Source of the DNA: Candidatus Parcubacteria bacterium
Lineage (GTDB): Bacteria > Patescibacteriota > Patescibacteriia > UBA1558 > GWA2-36-10
Assembly (NCBI GenBank): GCA_018664825.1
Contig: JABJNO010000017.1
Location: 163,011 to 227,010, forward strand
Length of the DNA stretch: 64,000 nt
Reading direction: 5' to 3'
Numbering within the stretch: position 1 is the first letter of the stretch; every line of letters starts with the position of its first letter. This document shows positions 1 to 9,795 of this stretch, piece after piece. The position numbers and the translations under genes are program-made. The notes beneath the pieces were generated by a model. The model worked only from the letters and a program-made list of their open reading frames with translations, searched no databases and was not told the origin of the DNA.

Positions 1-1460
1 TCAAAAGCAATTTTTTCACCTAATTTTGTTAGTTTTTCCTCATGATGCTTCTTTACAGCTTCTTCATATTCTAATTTTATTTTTTGAAATTCTGCCTCGG
101 CTTTTTTCTTTAAGTTACCTATACCAAATTTTCTTTCCTTAAAATTAAAAGCCTTTCTCCTGTTTCTCAAAGCTTCTGCATATTGGTTACGCGCTTCTTC
201 AAGTACACTCTCCAAAGACTCTTCACCTTCTGGAGTTTCTTCACCGTCCTCCGATGCAGATGATTCCTCTTCGCTAAATTGTTCTGATCGACTATCTCTT
301 TGAAATTTATTTTCTTCTTCTATTGTTCTACCTGTATTTACGTCAATTTTACAATCATCACAAAGATTGGTTCCGGGAATACTAGGCTTCCCACAATTTG
401 GACATTCTTTTTCAGCATTCTCTCCATAATATGCTTCATGTGCTTCTAATACTCTACCTTTAAAATATTGAACAGTTGAAGCAGCGTTCATTTTTTCTCC
501 AAGCATCGATTCTTGTGTTTTGATACTCTTTAAAAATCCCTCTACTTCAGACATAAACTCTTTTTCCCAATCAGCAGGATTATCTTTTCCTTTTAATTTA
601 TCTAGAAAGTCCTTAATACCTTCAAAATCAACAACTTCGGCCTCTGGGGCCTCTGGACTATTGTCAGTCTCTGATTCTGTAGTTGGTACAGCCTCTGTAT
701 TATTTTTTCTTTTTATATCACTATGCTTTGCAATAGCCGCTAATACAGCATTATGAACCTCTTCTTGTATTTTATCCTTCTCTTTTCCTTTTATATCACC
801 AAGCGCTAGACTATCAAATAATTCAATAACCTCCATCATCAAAACTCTCGCTTGTTCTTGATCGTCCACTTGAGTGAGTCGTTCCTTTAAGATTGCTAAT
901 TTATTTCCCGCTTCTCCTACTATAGACTCTTCCGTTGGGATTTCTTCAACTGGTTCTACGGGTTTTTCAGCTGGCTCTTCTGTAGCTTCTTGGTCATCTC
1001 CACCAAAGCTATTTTTGTATAGTTGTACCAAATTATCTTCATGAAAACGTACAGCTGAAACTGCCTGCACACTTTCACCCACGCTAGATTCTGCCAATTT
1101 TATTCTGGCAATTATTTTTTCAGCTTGCGCCAAAAAACGCTTATCTTTGTCTGATAAGTCCTTACCTTTATTGGCTTCAATAAAGTCTTTGACAGTTCCA
1201 AAATTTACATCACCACCTTCAATACCAGTGAGGGTTTTTTCAATTTGAGCTTCTGTTTCATCGGCAATAGTTCTCAATTCATCTACAGAATCCGGTCTTG
1301 CTCTACCAGCTTCTGACCCTGCAAATTCATCTACGTTTTCTTCAATTTTATCTACAGTTTCTTTACCTTCATCTTCGGGTGAGGTTTCATTTTCAGCACC
1401 AGACTCTGGACCACCTTCTTGTGTCTTGTCTTTGTCTGGATCTTCAGTGTGTTTAGGCAT
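1..1460 (-). CDS. Partial CDS (start codon at 1460, runs off the window). Acidic coiled-coil protein with a C4 zinc ribbon (CPNCGKPS...CDDCKID).
   Basis: Reverse-strand translation from ATG at 1460 stays open through position 1. Frame checked at 419 (NAEKECPNCGKPSIPGTNLCDDCKID) and 899 (LAILKERLTQVDDQEQARVL). Not in the ORF track because it is truncated at the edge. Confidence 0.45.
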   Translation of the reverse strand, partial: MPKHTEDPDKDKTQEGGPESGAENETSPEDEGKETVDKIEENVDEFAGSEAGRARPDSVDELRTIADETEAQIEKTLTGIEGGDVNFGTVKDFIEANKGKDLSDKDKRFLAQAEKIIARIKLAESSVGESVQAVSAVRFHEDNLVQLYKNSFGGDDQEATEEPAEKPVEPVEEIPTEESIVGEAGNKLAILKERLTQVDDQEQARVLMMEVIELFDSLALGDIKGKEKDKIQEEVHNAVLAAIAKHSDIKRKNNTEAVPTTESETDNSPEAPEAEVVDFEGIKDFLDKLKGKDNPADWEKEFMSEVEGFLKSIKTQESMLGEKMNAASTVQYFKGRVLEAHEAYYGENAEKECPNCGKPSIPGTNLCDDCKIDVNTGRTIEEENKFQRDSRSEQFSEEESSASEDGEETPEGEESLESVLEEARNQYAEALRNRRKAFNFKERKFGIGNLKKKAEAEFQKIKLEYEEAVKKHHEEKLTKLGEKIAF

Positions 1461-1464
1461 AAGT

Positions 1465-1632
1465 TTAAAAATTATTATTAATCTTATCTAAAATTTTATC
1501 TACCTCTTTTTTTTCGATAGATTCTATTTGATTTTTCAAACTACCATTGGCATCTTTTTTGATCCTAGATAGTTCAGTCAAAAATTCTTTGTAGATAGCT
1601 CTGATTTTTTCTATTTTTTGTTTTTTTGTCAT
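1465..1632 (-). CDS. Small ORF (~55 aa, MTKKQKIEKIRAIYKEFL...) packed between two minus-strand genes.
   Basis: ATG at 1632, stop at 1465, same strand and tight spacing with neighbours. No homology recognised. Confidence 0.2.
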   Translation of the reverse strand: MTKKQKIEKIRAIYKEFLTELSRIKKDANGSLKNQIESIEKKEVDKILDKINNNF

Positions 1633-1646
1633 TTTTACTATTTCAT

Positions 1647-1949
1647 TTATAAAATAGCTTCTTTCATTTCAACCATTTCTTTTTTTAGGTCTTCAACAAT
1701 TTCTTGGTGAATTTCAGCAAAATTTGGAACCTTTTTTTGAATAAATTTATTCATTTTTTCCAAATCTTCACCTGCCAACAACTCATCAAGCTCTTTCTTG
1801 TCTTTTTCAGTCAACATACCAAGTAGCACTCGATTAAAGCGACTCTCAACAAGGCCAATTATTTTTTCTTGGAGTATTACTTTTTTGTCATCTGGCAAAT
1901 CTTCTAAGCCAAATTCTTTTAAGAGATCAAAGTCTTTTTGTGTAGGCAT
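1647..1949 (-). CDS. Hypothetical 100-aa protein.
   Basis: ORF track. Operon-like spacing with downstream genes. Confidence 0.4.
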   Translation of the reverse strand: MPTQKDFDLLKEFGLEDLPDDKKVILQEKIIGLVESRFNRVLLGMLTEKDKKELDELLAGEDLEKMNKFIQKKVPNFAEIHQEIVEDLKKEMVEMKEAIL

Positions 1950-2002
1950 AATTTTTATTTTAAAAATTTTAATTAATTATATTAAATCATACTTAGGCAA
2001 AA

Positions 2003-2031
2003 AAAACAACCCCACATCCGTAGATGTGGGG
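2003..2031 (-). terminator. Rho-independent terminator (CCCCACATC-loop-GATGTGGGG followed by a U-run on the minus strand) after the 2049..3512 gene.
   Basis: GC hairpin with A-run on plus strand (U-run on minus strand). Confidence 0.6.
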
Positions 2032-2048
2032 TTTGGTTGGGGAAATTA

Positions 2049-3512
2049 TTAGGTAAGCTTAGTGCTAGCAAAACGTGACAGGGCCGAACCTAGTGGTCCA
2101 ACACCAATCACATGGCTTGCAGCCTTACCCGCACGTTCGTGCTCAATTACGAGCTGCCATACGTCGTCAACAGTAAGCTTTTCGCCCGCTGCGCGAGTAC
2201 GATTGATCGTCGTCCTGATCGTCCCGAGATAAGCCATAAAGGCTTTACCCTTGGCGGTCTGGACATTGATATCCCGAAGAGCAGTCTGCTCTTCGGCGTT
2301 TTTGGTCGCGTAGTCTTCCATGGCCTTTTCGAAGTTCTTGTCGGGAGTACGATCGATAATACCAATCACCTCAAGGGTATGTCCTGTTTCATCCAGGACT
2401 TTCTTCTTGAGATCCTTGATAGCATCATTGATCTTTCTCTGGATCTCATATGCTTCCAGAGCATCTTTGTACTCTTGTGAATCAACGTCATCCGAAACAC
2501 GACGAGATGTACGATAAGCATCGAAGTTGACAGGAAGATTTTTGATCTCCCGCATAAAGGTCTCATCCAGAATATCGGATGCCTCCTGCGAGTTCAAATA
2601 ATCAGCCATCCAATCTTCGATCACTCGACGAATATACTCGTCGATGTTGTTTCGCTCATCATCATCCATCTCCAAGAAAATATCAAGATTCCTCGGATAT
2701 TCAGAATGACCAGGATCCATCTTGTGTACTTCACGGTACTCAATCTTAAACTTGGTACCAGCAGCCACAGCCTCTTTACCACCTTCATTGCTCATAGCTT
2801 TACTTGGCAGCTCACCTGTCTTGTATTTCTCTTCCCGCTTTGCAACGGAAACAGGAATAATATCGACAAAGGTAAACCAAGTTGACCACGCCCAGAAAAA
2901 GTTGAGGCCAGTTTTCATGGCCCAGCTTGTCCAAGGTTTGTTGAATACTGTTGGTATCCAAATCTGACGAAGTGGAACACTGTGAAGCAATGACAGGATA
3001 TACATACCCGGAACCAAAATGCATGCCACAAGGACAAACAATTTGTTGAATCCGCTCATGATAGCGCCCATGGCCGACAACCACGAAACAAGGTGGGTAA
3101 TCGACAGATTGAGGTAGACCTTATCAATCCGAACAGGCTTGCTCTTTTGAAAAGTCACAAACCAATCACGAGGCTGGTAAGCCTTGTAACCTATCGAAAA
3201 GTAAAGGACTGTTACCAATACGGCGGTAACGATTGAGCCGACACTTAGGTCAACACTGATAATATCACGTAGATACCACAGTGCCGTCACTAGCAAAGTA
3301 CCAATCAGACCAGAGGCCTGGGTTTTGGTACTCCTGTTGGAGCTACAAAAGATCGACAGAGCGATCAGAGCAAGAATCGGAACAACAAAGATGCTGAACC
3401 AATGCGAACCCATGTAACTAAGAGCAGAATCAAACCAAGCACTGATTTTTTCTTCACCAGACATAATTTCCTCCTTTTTTTCCAATTTATTTGGAAGTTT
3501 TTTAACGAACAA
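2049..3512 (-). CDS. Membrane protein (N-terminal multi-TM region) with a C-terminal soluble charged domain. Function unknown.
   Basis: ORF track. Hydrophobic helices in the N-terminal half. The C-terminal half (about 2049-2900) is clearly more GC-rich than its surroundings. Confidence 0.55.
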   Translation of the reverse strand: MFVKKLPNKLEKKEEIMSGEEKISAWFDSALSYMGSHWFSIFVVPILALIALSIFCSSNRSTKTQASGLIGTLLVTALWYLRDIISVDLSVGSIVTAVLVTVLYFSIGYKAYQPRDWFVTFQKSKPVRIDKVYLNLSITHLVSWLSAMGAIMSGFNKLFVLVACILVPGMYILSLLHSVPLRQIWIPTVFNKPWTSWAMKTGLNFFWAWSTWFTFVDIIPVSVAKREEKYKTGELPSKAMSNEGGKEAVAAGTKFKIEYREVHKMDPGHSEYPRNLDIFLEMDDDERNNIDEYIRRVIEDWMADYLNSQEASDILDETFMREIKNLPVNFDAYRTSRRVSDDVDSQEYKDALEAYEIQRKINDAIKDLKKKVLDETGHTLEVIGIIDRTPDKNFEKAMEDYATKNAEEQTALRDINVQTAKGKAFMAYLGTIRTTINRTRAAGEKLTVDDVWQLVIEHERAGKAASHVIGVGPLGSALSRFASTKLT

Positions 3513-3543
3513 ACAAGATTTTCTCTATCTTAAGAACAATATA

Positions 3544-3572
3544 GTATAGCATATATTATAGTTTTTGTCAAT
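3544..3572 (-). promoter_or_regulatory. Sigma70-like promoter (TTGACA-17-TATACT, minus strand) for the 2049..3512 gene.
   Basis: Consensus -35 and -10 hexamers with a 17-nt spacer. Confidence 0.5.
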
Positions 3573-3664
3573 CCTTTCGACTTTGCTCAGGATTGACCCT
3601 GAGCGTAGCCGAACGGGTCAATATATATATTGACTCGTATTTTACCCCAATATTAGGGCTTTTT

Positions 3665-4333
3665 TTAGAGGTCTCGATCCCCTTCTGGACCTTTTTTTAT
3701 ACTTTTATATACAAAATATGAGTAAACTAGACTACTCAAAATAGCTAATATAGCCAAAATAAAGGCATATACAAACATCCCAGGAGGAAAAAAGGGAATA
3801 GCCAAAAACATTACTCCTCCAATCATAAAGGCTTTGCCGCCATATTTATGAGTCCTCTGCCAGACCTCATCACTAGAAAGTGTCCAGGGAGTACGAATAC
3901 CAACAAACCAATTTGGCTTGATGTCTTTCATATATACGCCCATGATTATAAATAAAATTCCAACCATAAACGGTATTACCATACCAATTGGAATATTATA
4001 ATCCATATTTACCAAGCTTGTTATCACAAACAACACAAAGAAAAAGCCGATTATTACCAATTGAATTATTTTGTAGGTAGGCATAAAGTCATCATAGTTT
4101 CTCCTTTTTGGGTCAAGTTTTGGTAGGTACATAAATAAAATCCAAACAGCAATCATCAACAATGGTGTAAATAGTATATGAAACATTTTACTGCCCCAGT
4201 CATCTGGCTGACCAGCTCCATTCCAATGAGTAATTACTTCATCTGGCAAAACCTGATAAAAATAATAAGCCAGACCAACGGTGGCTAGCATTAATAATTT
4301 AATAATTAGATCAATTACTTTTGATTTTTTCAT
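3665..4333 (-). CDS. SdpI/YhfL-family membrane protein (DUF1648-like N-terminus).
   Basis: Motifs HWNGAGQPDDWGSK and GIRTPWTLSSDEVWQRTHK resemble the SdpI/YhfL family. Multiple TM helices. Confidence 0.55.
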   Translation of the reverse strand: MKKSKVIDLIIKLLMLATVGLAYYFYQVLPDEVITHWNGAGQPDDWGSKMFHILFTPLLMIAVWILFMYLPKLDPKRRNYDDFMPTYKIIQLVIIGFFFVLFVITSLVNMDYNIPIGMVIPFMVGILFIIMGVYMKDIKPNWFVGIRTPWTLSSDEVWQRTHKYGGKAFMIGGVMFLAIPFFPPGMFVYAFILAILAILSSLVYSYFVYKSIKKGPEGDRDL

Positions 4334-4346
4334 ATGTTTGTATTAA

Positions 4347-5204
4347 TTATTTTTGACAACTTGGACAAAAATGAGTCCCTCTGCCTGCCAATTTTATTTT
4401 TTTAATATTTGATTTTTTACAATTCAAGCATTTTTTATCTTGACGACCATATACTTTGAGAAAATCTGCAAATCCTCCTCTACCTCCATCAGCATTTCTA
4501 TAATCACTAAAAGTTGTTCCTTTTTTATCAATAGCTTTCTTTATTATATATTTACTAGCTTGCCAAAGTCGCCTGATTTCATCTTGGCTCAAAGTATCTA
4601 GATGCCTACTTGGCATTACCTTGGCTCGAAAACATATCTCGTCAGCATAAATATTACCAATACCTGATATAATTTGTTGATTTAATAAAAAAGCTTTTAG
4701 CACTGCCCTCCGTCCTTTTACCAATGCTTTGAAATTTTTTAAAGTAAACTCTTTGTCCGTTGGCTGTAAGCCGTGCCTATCTACTGCTTTTTGCTTATCT
4801 GCTTTATTTACCAACTTCAAATAACCAAATTGCCTCAAGTCATTGAAAAATAGTTTTGAATTGTCATCAAAGGTAAAAATAATGTGTGAATATTTATTTG
4901 GCAAATCATCTACTTTTGGCCAATTGTGACCCCCGGCAACCAAGTCATCCTCTTTGGAATATATCAATTGTCCAGTCATCTTGAGATGAATCAATAAATA
5001 TTTTTCTTCTGGCAATACAAAAATAAGTAATTTTCCTACTCTATCTATATCCAAAAACTTGTTTCCTACCAATTTTTCAATAAAACTTTTAGTATTATTT
5101 TTTATTAGTTTATCTTTGGAAACCTTTAGATCTACTATCTTTTTATTCAAAATTTTGGCTTGCAAGCCAAGTCTTATTGTCTCTACTTCGGGTAGTTCTG
5201 GCAT
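4347..5204 (-). CDS. mutM: Formamidopyrimidine-DNA glycosylase (Fpg/MutM/Nei family).
   Basis: N-terminal MPELPEVET with catalytic Pro2 and Glu3. C-terminal zinc finger CLNC...CPSCQK. Start refined to the internal ATG at 5204. Confidence 0.85.
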   Translation of the reverse strand: MPELPEVETIRLGLQAKILNKKIVDLKVSKDKLIKNNTKSFIEKLVGNKFLDIDRVGKLLIFVLPEEKYLLIHLKMTGQLIYSKEDDLVAGGHNWPKVDDLPNKYSHIIFTFDDNSKLFFNDLRQFGYLKLVNKADKQKAVDRHGLQPTDKEFTLKNFKALVKGRRAVLKAFLLNQQIISGIGNIYADEICFRAKVMPSRHLDTLSQDEIRRLWQASKYIIKKAIDKKGTTFSDYRNADGGRGGFADFLKVYGRQDKKCLNCKKSNIKKIKLAGRGTHFCPSCQK

Positions 5205-5234
5205 AACTCTATTATATGCCAAAAACAATCAAAA

Positions 5235-5258
5235 AACCACCCCCAGACGGGGGTGGTT
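5235..5258. terminator. Bidirectional terminator hairpin (AACCACCCCCAGACGGGGGTGGTT) flanked by A- and T-runs.
   Basis: Perfect GC-rich inverted repeat between convergent or tandem genes. Confidence 0.6.
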
Positions 5259-5270
5259 TTTGTCTATATC

Positions 5271-8200
5271 TTAGTATTTATTTAACACATCATCAGTTAC
5301 GTTGTATATTTCTTCTCCTGCATATTTAGCCAATTCTTTCAAAGTCTTGATATGACGTTTATGACCATCTTCGATGATATAAATTCTCATATCACTACCT
5401 CTTAGTAAGCTACCATCTGCAAATTCTTTGATACCAAGAATCTGTTTGTTATCTTCCCAGTCTGGATAATTATCCAATACATCGGTCAATACATTGTAGA
5501 TTCTTTGTCCCAAATAGTTATCATGCAAATACTGCCAACTTGGAATATGCCACTTCTTTTGTTCACGAAGTAGATATACCATCATTTCTGCACTACAAGC
5601 ATCTCTCAATAAACTACCATCAGGATATTGGAAAATTTGATCAATATCAACGTCTGGACCAGTTGAATGACTAGGTCTCATAAAGTCACAAGATAAAATC
5701 TTTTCACCCAATACCTCTGGAGGAGTTGGTCCTGGAGGTGGAGGTGGAGGCGGTGTGTCTCCACATGATTCTGCGGTTGGGGTAGTAAATGTTCTGTCAT
5801 AATCAACCTTTGCAGCATTGTCTACACCTTTTGATTTTACAAGATAATGATAAGTAGTACCTGGTTCTAAGCCAGCCAATAGAACTGAGTGACTTGAAAC
5901 ATAATCTGTACTCAAGATTTCTTCACCGTAAGTTTGAGTAAGTCCATGAATCATCCAAGTAAGAGAATCTTTTGAGGTATTCCAAGTAATAGTTGCGTCA
6001 TTTTGACATGAGGTCACAGCTAAAATATCTGAAATATCTGGAGGTGTCTTTCCTCCACCACAATTGGTAATACATCCGCCGCCACGAGTTTGAACTGTTA
6101 CAGTTCTAGTGACTTGAGAGGCATCGTTGCCATCTGAATCAGATACGTCATAAGTGACAAGATAGGTACCTACTGCAGCAACTACTGGATTTACAGTGAC
6201 AATATCAGGGGTGATATCACCATCTTCATCGTCATAAGCTGTAGCTCCGTCATCAACATAAGTTTCGTCAGTATAAATATATACTGGATCAGCTCCAATC
6301 AAAGTGATTACTGGAGGCTCATCTGTATATGGACACATTTCAAATGGTGGTACGAAATGACTATAACAAGTAGTACTGTTTCCTATTGGATCAGCCATAT
6401 ATTGAGACATAATAACTATATCACTCAAGTTGATAACTCCTAGGCCATCACCTTGATATAAGTCAAAATGTTCAAAATATCTTTCTGGTCTATTTACTGA
6501 ATCTGTTACTCCTTGTAGTAGAGCATCACACCAACCTACAGCTGGATCTTCACATTGAAATTGAAAACCTTCTTCAGGATGATCAAACTCGTTATAACAT
6601 AGCTTATCATTTCCTTCGCTGTACATCTGAGATACTAAGCTTATATCAGTCAAATTTACCTTTCCATCATTGTTTAGATCAGCTACAGGATTGTAACTTG
6701 GAGTATTTATTGAATGTTTTACAACTCCCAATAAAGCACTACACCATGGAGCCCATGGGGTCTCACAATCTTCATCAATAGTCCAATCGGTATAAAAGCC
6801 ATCGTCAGCCACAGTAGTGGTCAACCAATAATGTGACATATTATCAGCCAGCCATACTTCGTCGTTTCCGGCATTGTAACTACCTACTCCTGTACCATCA
6901 AAACCTTTTTCTAGACCATTCCAAGCAGGAATTCCAGTAGCATCATCGCTTCTTTGAGTTGTTGCTGTAGCGTTATAAAACTCAATTTCACCAGATACAT
7001 GCTCTTTTTGACCTTCTAAGCCAGTACCATGCATAACTACTCTCAAGTTGTTTTCCAACCTTTGAACAGCTAAACCTGGAACATCCTCATATTGAGGACT
7101 AGCAGCTACATCTGGATCTATATAATGTGCACCGTTATAATATAGAGCAAACCATACATTTGATGGAATTTTATAACTAGCAGAACCTAGGAATAAATCT
7201 GAAGTCATATCTCCACCATTCCAGTTTTGTGTATCATCAACGTTTATTTTAGCTAAAGTCAAATCACTACATTCTGGAACAATAAATCGACATTGTTCTG
7301 AACATCCAACAAAATCTTTATGTGTAAGAGATATATTTGGATCACATTGTTCCCATTCTTGGTTTATTACACCATCACCACAATACGGGCTGTATTCTGG
7401 TAAGTCCTCTGTATTAAAGGCAACACAATAATATGTAGAATCTGAACTAACATCAATCCATTCAGCGTTATCATAATTTACAACATCGCTGTTACACCAA
7501 AATTCAGCACTTACATCATTACCTGGGGCGCTTCCTGGAGGAAAAGAAAATGGAACATAACCATCTTTCAATACTTCTCTAAACCAAAGTCTACCTGGTA
7601 AATTATCTAAGTCTAATTCTGTTTCTGTTCTACCGTTTATATCGGTAAGAGCATCAAAATCATACCAACCATCAACATTGTGTTCACCAATATAATTTCC
7701 ATCTAAATCTAACAAACTATTGTTGGTACCCCATTCAAATTTCCAATCTGATTCAAAACGACAGTTAGGGTGGCTATCTACAAAATCTTGAGCTGTATCA
7801 GCATTGATATTTGCAGAGCCAGACCAGTTTGGTAAATCAGTTTCATTGTCACACACAATTTTGTGTGCAATCACAGTAGCCTTGTTTTCTGGTTCTGGAT
7901 CAGCGGTTTTACAAAGACGTACATCGTCAACAAAGGTTCCAAAGCTGTTGCTTGGTCCAATATCTTCAAATGCTATCTCTGTAGTTGTATTATCAGCATT
8001 AAATACATAGCTAGAATTTGTCCAATCACCCTGAGCAAGAGGTGCGCTGCCTGTTACTGGGCCATCTGTATCTACTTGAATACCATCAACTTCAATTGAA
8101 AGTTCATTTTGTTCAGCAGTTATATTATGACGTGGGGCAAAAGACCAGAATAATTTGTATTCTGCACCTTCTTCTGTTCCAACGTCTTGAGAAATACGTG

Positions 8201-9656
8201 TTGAATGGTCTCCGTCAAGCTCAGCATATTGCAAGCCATCAGCCGCTACATTACCACTCCAGCCTTTGTGAAGCTCGAGAGTAGTAGCAGAACCATCAGA
8301 AGCCTTTTCGATTACCCAGCCAAGTACAGAACTCATTTTCTGCCATAAAGAGGCGTTGGTAACTACAGGTTCTTCAAAACTATAATTTACAAGAAGATTA
8401 TCTTCTACAGAACATTCTTCTTGTAATTCTGCTTCATTTAAGAAGTAAATAATATAAGTACCAGCGCCGTCTACAGTAAGGTCAACTGAACCGTTTGGTT
8501 GAGCAACACCGTTACCGCCAACACCAGTTCTTGACCAGCCTGACTGCATAACTTCATCAACGTTGTATGTACTATATGGTAAATCAAGAGTAGCACAACC
8601 ATCTAAAGTGCCATCATCAGCATCATTGTAGGTTGTTTGACCATCTACTGTAAAATCCCAACCATGTATAGTTGGTTCTCCTGAATCAAGAATACCATTA
8701 CCGTTTAGATCATTTTGCTTACAAAATTTGACTTGACCAGTTGGTGGTGCCTCTACTTCGTATAAACAAAGTTTTGTAACAGCAACACTGTTTCTATCCA
8801 TATCACTTGGATCAGAACATGTTTCAGTTGTGTCCATATGAATAGTATTTGTATTATCTACAAAATCAAAAGTTCCAGCATTTTGGATTTGCCAGGTTGT
8901 TCCTGGTGGTTGATCCAAAACTGCAGGACCTGCAGAACTAGTATTCACTCTCATGGTAAATTCTTCGTTGTCTTGTCCATAAGGAGAACCAGCATTGTCA
9001 CCACTACGATGAACTACGGTATGCAATTCATAGCTGCCACCATTTGTAGACAAATCAATGTCTTCAAAATCATAAGCAGGTACATTTTGTGAACCGCAAT
9101 TTAAACCCATTACTTCTAGGTCAACTACAAACTCATGATCAGCACCCTGACAACTTGGTTCAGGCTCTTCACAGGCAAAATTTATCAATACTGCATTACC
9201 TGGTTCATAATGATAACCACCATCTGTCAATGCTGCGTTATCTGGGGCACCAGTTGGTGTATTGTATCTAGCTGTGACAGAAAAATAATAATTCTGATCA
9301 CAAACTAGAGGACCATTCCAGGTATAAGAGAAAGTTGAAGTGCCTTCATAAGATAAAAGCACATCTCCTGAATTTGTAGGGTATTCTGGATTTGTATTGG
9401 TTTCAGACATTACAACCTTGTAACCTACCAATCTATCATCCTGAATAGGATCCCAGGTAATTTCAACGCTGTCTTGAGTCGGACTCAGATCAGCATAGAC
9501 CGTTGGAGCTGTATATGGCTCAACAATCACCAAATCTGGAACCGCCTCTTCTTCAGCGTTGGCAATAGAAACAGATACAAGGCTTAACCCTGTACTTGAA
9601 ACTACCATGCTCAAGGCTACAAAATATAGTAACCCCTTTGCCAAAAATTTCCTCAT
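5271..9656 (-). CDS. Giant secreted surface protein (1461 aa) with signal peptide, FN3-like and Ig-like regions, a PPPPPPPGPTPP linker, dockerin-like Ca loops, and two C-terminal copies of a ~55-aa module shared with the 12152..13498 gene.
   Basis: Signal peptide MRKFLAKGLLYFVALSMVVSS. Dockerin-like DLNNDGKVNLTDISLV and DLYQGDGLGVINLSDIV. C-terminal DGSLLRG...KRHI...GEEIYNVTDDVLN. Confidence 0.8.
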   Translation of the reverse strand: MRKFLAKGLLYFVALSMVVSSTGLSLVSVSIANAEEEAVPDLVIVEPYTAPTVYADLSPTQDSVEITWDPIQDDRLVGYKVVMSETNTNPEYPTNSGDVLLSYEGTSTFSYTWNGPLVCDQNYYFSVTARYNTPTGAPDNAALTDGGYHYEPGNAVLINFACEEPEPSCQGADHEFVVDLEVMGLNCGSQNVPAYDFEDIDLSTNGGSYELHTVVHRSGDNAGSPYGQDNEEFTMRVNTSSAGPAVLDQPPGTTWQIQNAGTFDFVDNTNTIHMDTTETCSDPSDMDRNSVAVTKLCLYEVEAPPTGQVKFCKQNDLNGNGILDSGEPTIHGWDFTVDGQTTYNDADDGTLDGCATLDLPYSTYNVDEVMQSGWSRTGVGGNGVAQPNGSVDLTVDGAGTYIIYFLNEAELQEECSVEDNLLVNYSFEEPVVTNASLWQKMSSVLGWVIEKASDGSATTLELHKGWSGNVAADGLQYAELDGDHSTRISQDVGTEEGAEYKLFWSFAPRHNITAEQNELSIEVDGIQVDTDGPVTGSAPLAQGDWTNSSYVFNADNTTTEIAFEDIGPSNSFGTFVDDVRLCKTADPEPENKATVIAHKIVCDNETDLPNWSGSANINADTAQDFVDSHPNCRFESDWKFEWGTNNSLLDLDGNYIGEHNVDGWYDFDALTDINGRTETELDLDNLPGRLWFREVLKDGYVPFSFPPGSAPGNDVSAEFWCNSDVVNYDNAEWIDVSSDSTYYCVAFNTEDLPEYSPYCGDGVINQEWEQCDPNISLTHKDFVGCSEQCRFIVPECSDLTLAKINVDDTQNWNGGDMTSDLFLGSASYKIPSNVWFALYYNGAHYIDPDVAASPQYEDVPGLAVQRLENNLRVVMHGTGLEGQKEHVSGEIEFYNATATTQRSDDATGIPAWNGLEKGFDGTGVGSYNAGNDEVWLADNMSHYWLTTTVADDGFYTDWTIDEDCETPWAPWCSALLGVVKHSINTPSYNPVADLNNDGKVNLTDISLVSQMYSEGNDKLCYNEFDHPEEGFQFQCEDPAVGWCDALLQGVTDSVNRPERYFEHFDLYQGDGLGVINLSDIVIMSQYMADPIGNSTTCYSHFVPPFEMCPYTDEPPVITLIGADPVYIYTDETYVDDGATAYDDEDGDITPDIVTVNPVVAAVGTYLVTYDVSDSDGNDASQVTRTVTVQTRGGGCITNCGGGKTPPDISDILAVTSCQNDATITWNTSKDSLTWMIHGLTQTYGEEILSTDYVSSHSVLLAGLEPGTTYHYLVKSKGVDNAAKVDYDRTFTTPTAESCGDTPPPPPPPGPTPPEVLGEKILSCDFMRPSHSTGPDVDIDQIFQYPDGSLLRDACSAEMMVYLLREQKKWHIPSWQYLHDNYLGQRIYNVLTDVLDNYPDWEDNKQILGIKEFADGSLLRGSDMRIYIIEDGHKRHIKTLKELAKYAGEEIYNVTDDVLNKY

Positions 9657-9795
9657 AAGTTTGTTTCGTTTAGATTAATTATTTTTTGCTTTTTTAAGCA
9701 ATATATTTAAAACTTTTTACTCCATACTATAACATAACTCCCCTCCTAGAGTCAATATGTACTTTAAAAATTCTACACCTCAAACTTACTCCTTT

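Noticed and set aside
520-756. 78-aa plus-strand ORF.
   Set aside because: It lies entirely inside the long minus-strand partial CDS (1..1460) and has low-complexity Ser/Leu composition, so it is likely a shadow ORF.
2112-3084. Several 60-120 aa ORFs on both strands (2112..2480, 2147..2365, 2320..2517, 2366..2566, 2722..2967, 2812..3084).
   Set aside because: All are embedded in the well-supported 487-aa membrane-protein gene. They are GC-rich-region shadow frames.
7804-9271. Plus-strand 60-88 aa ORFs inside the giant surface-protein gene.
   Set aside because: They are antisense to a 1461-aa gene with signal peptide and domain structure. No RBS is present.
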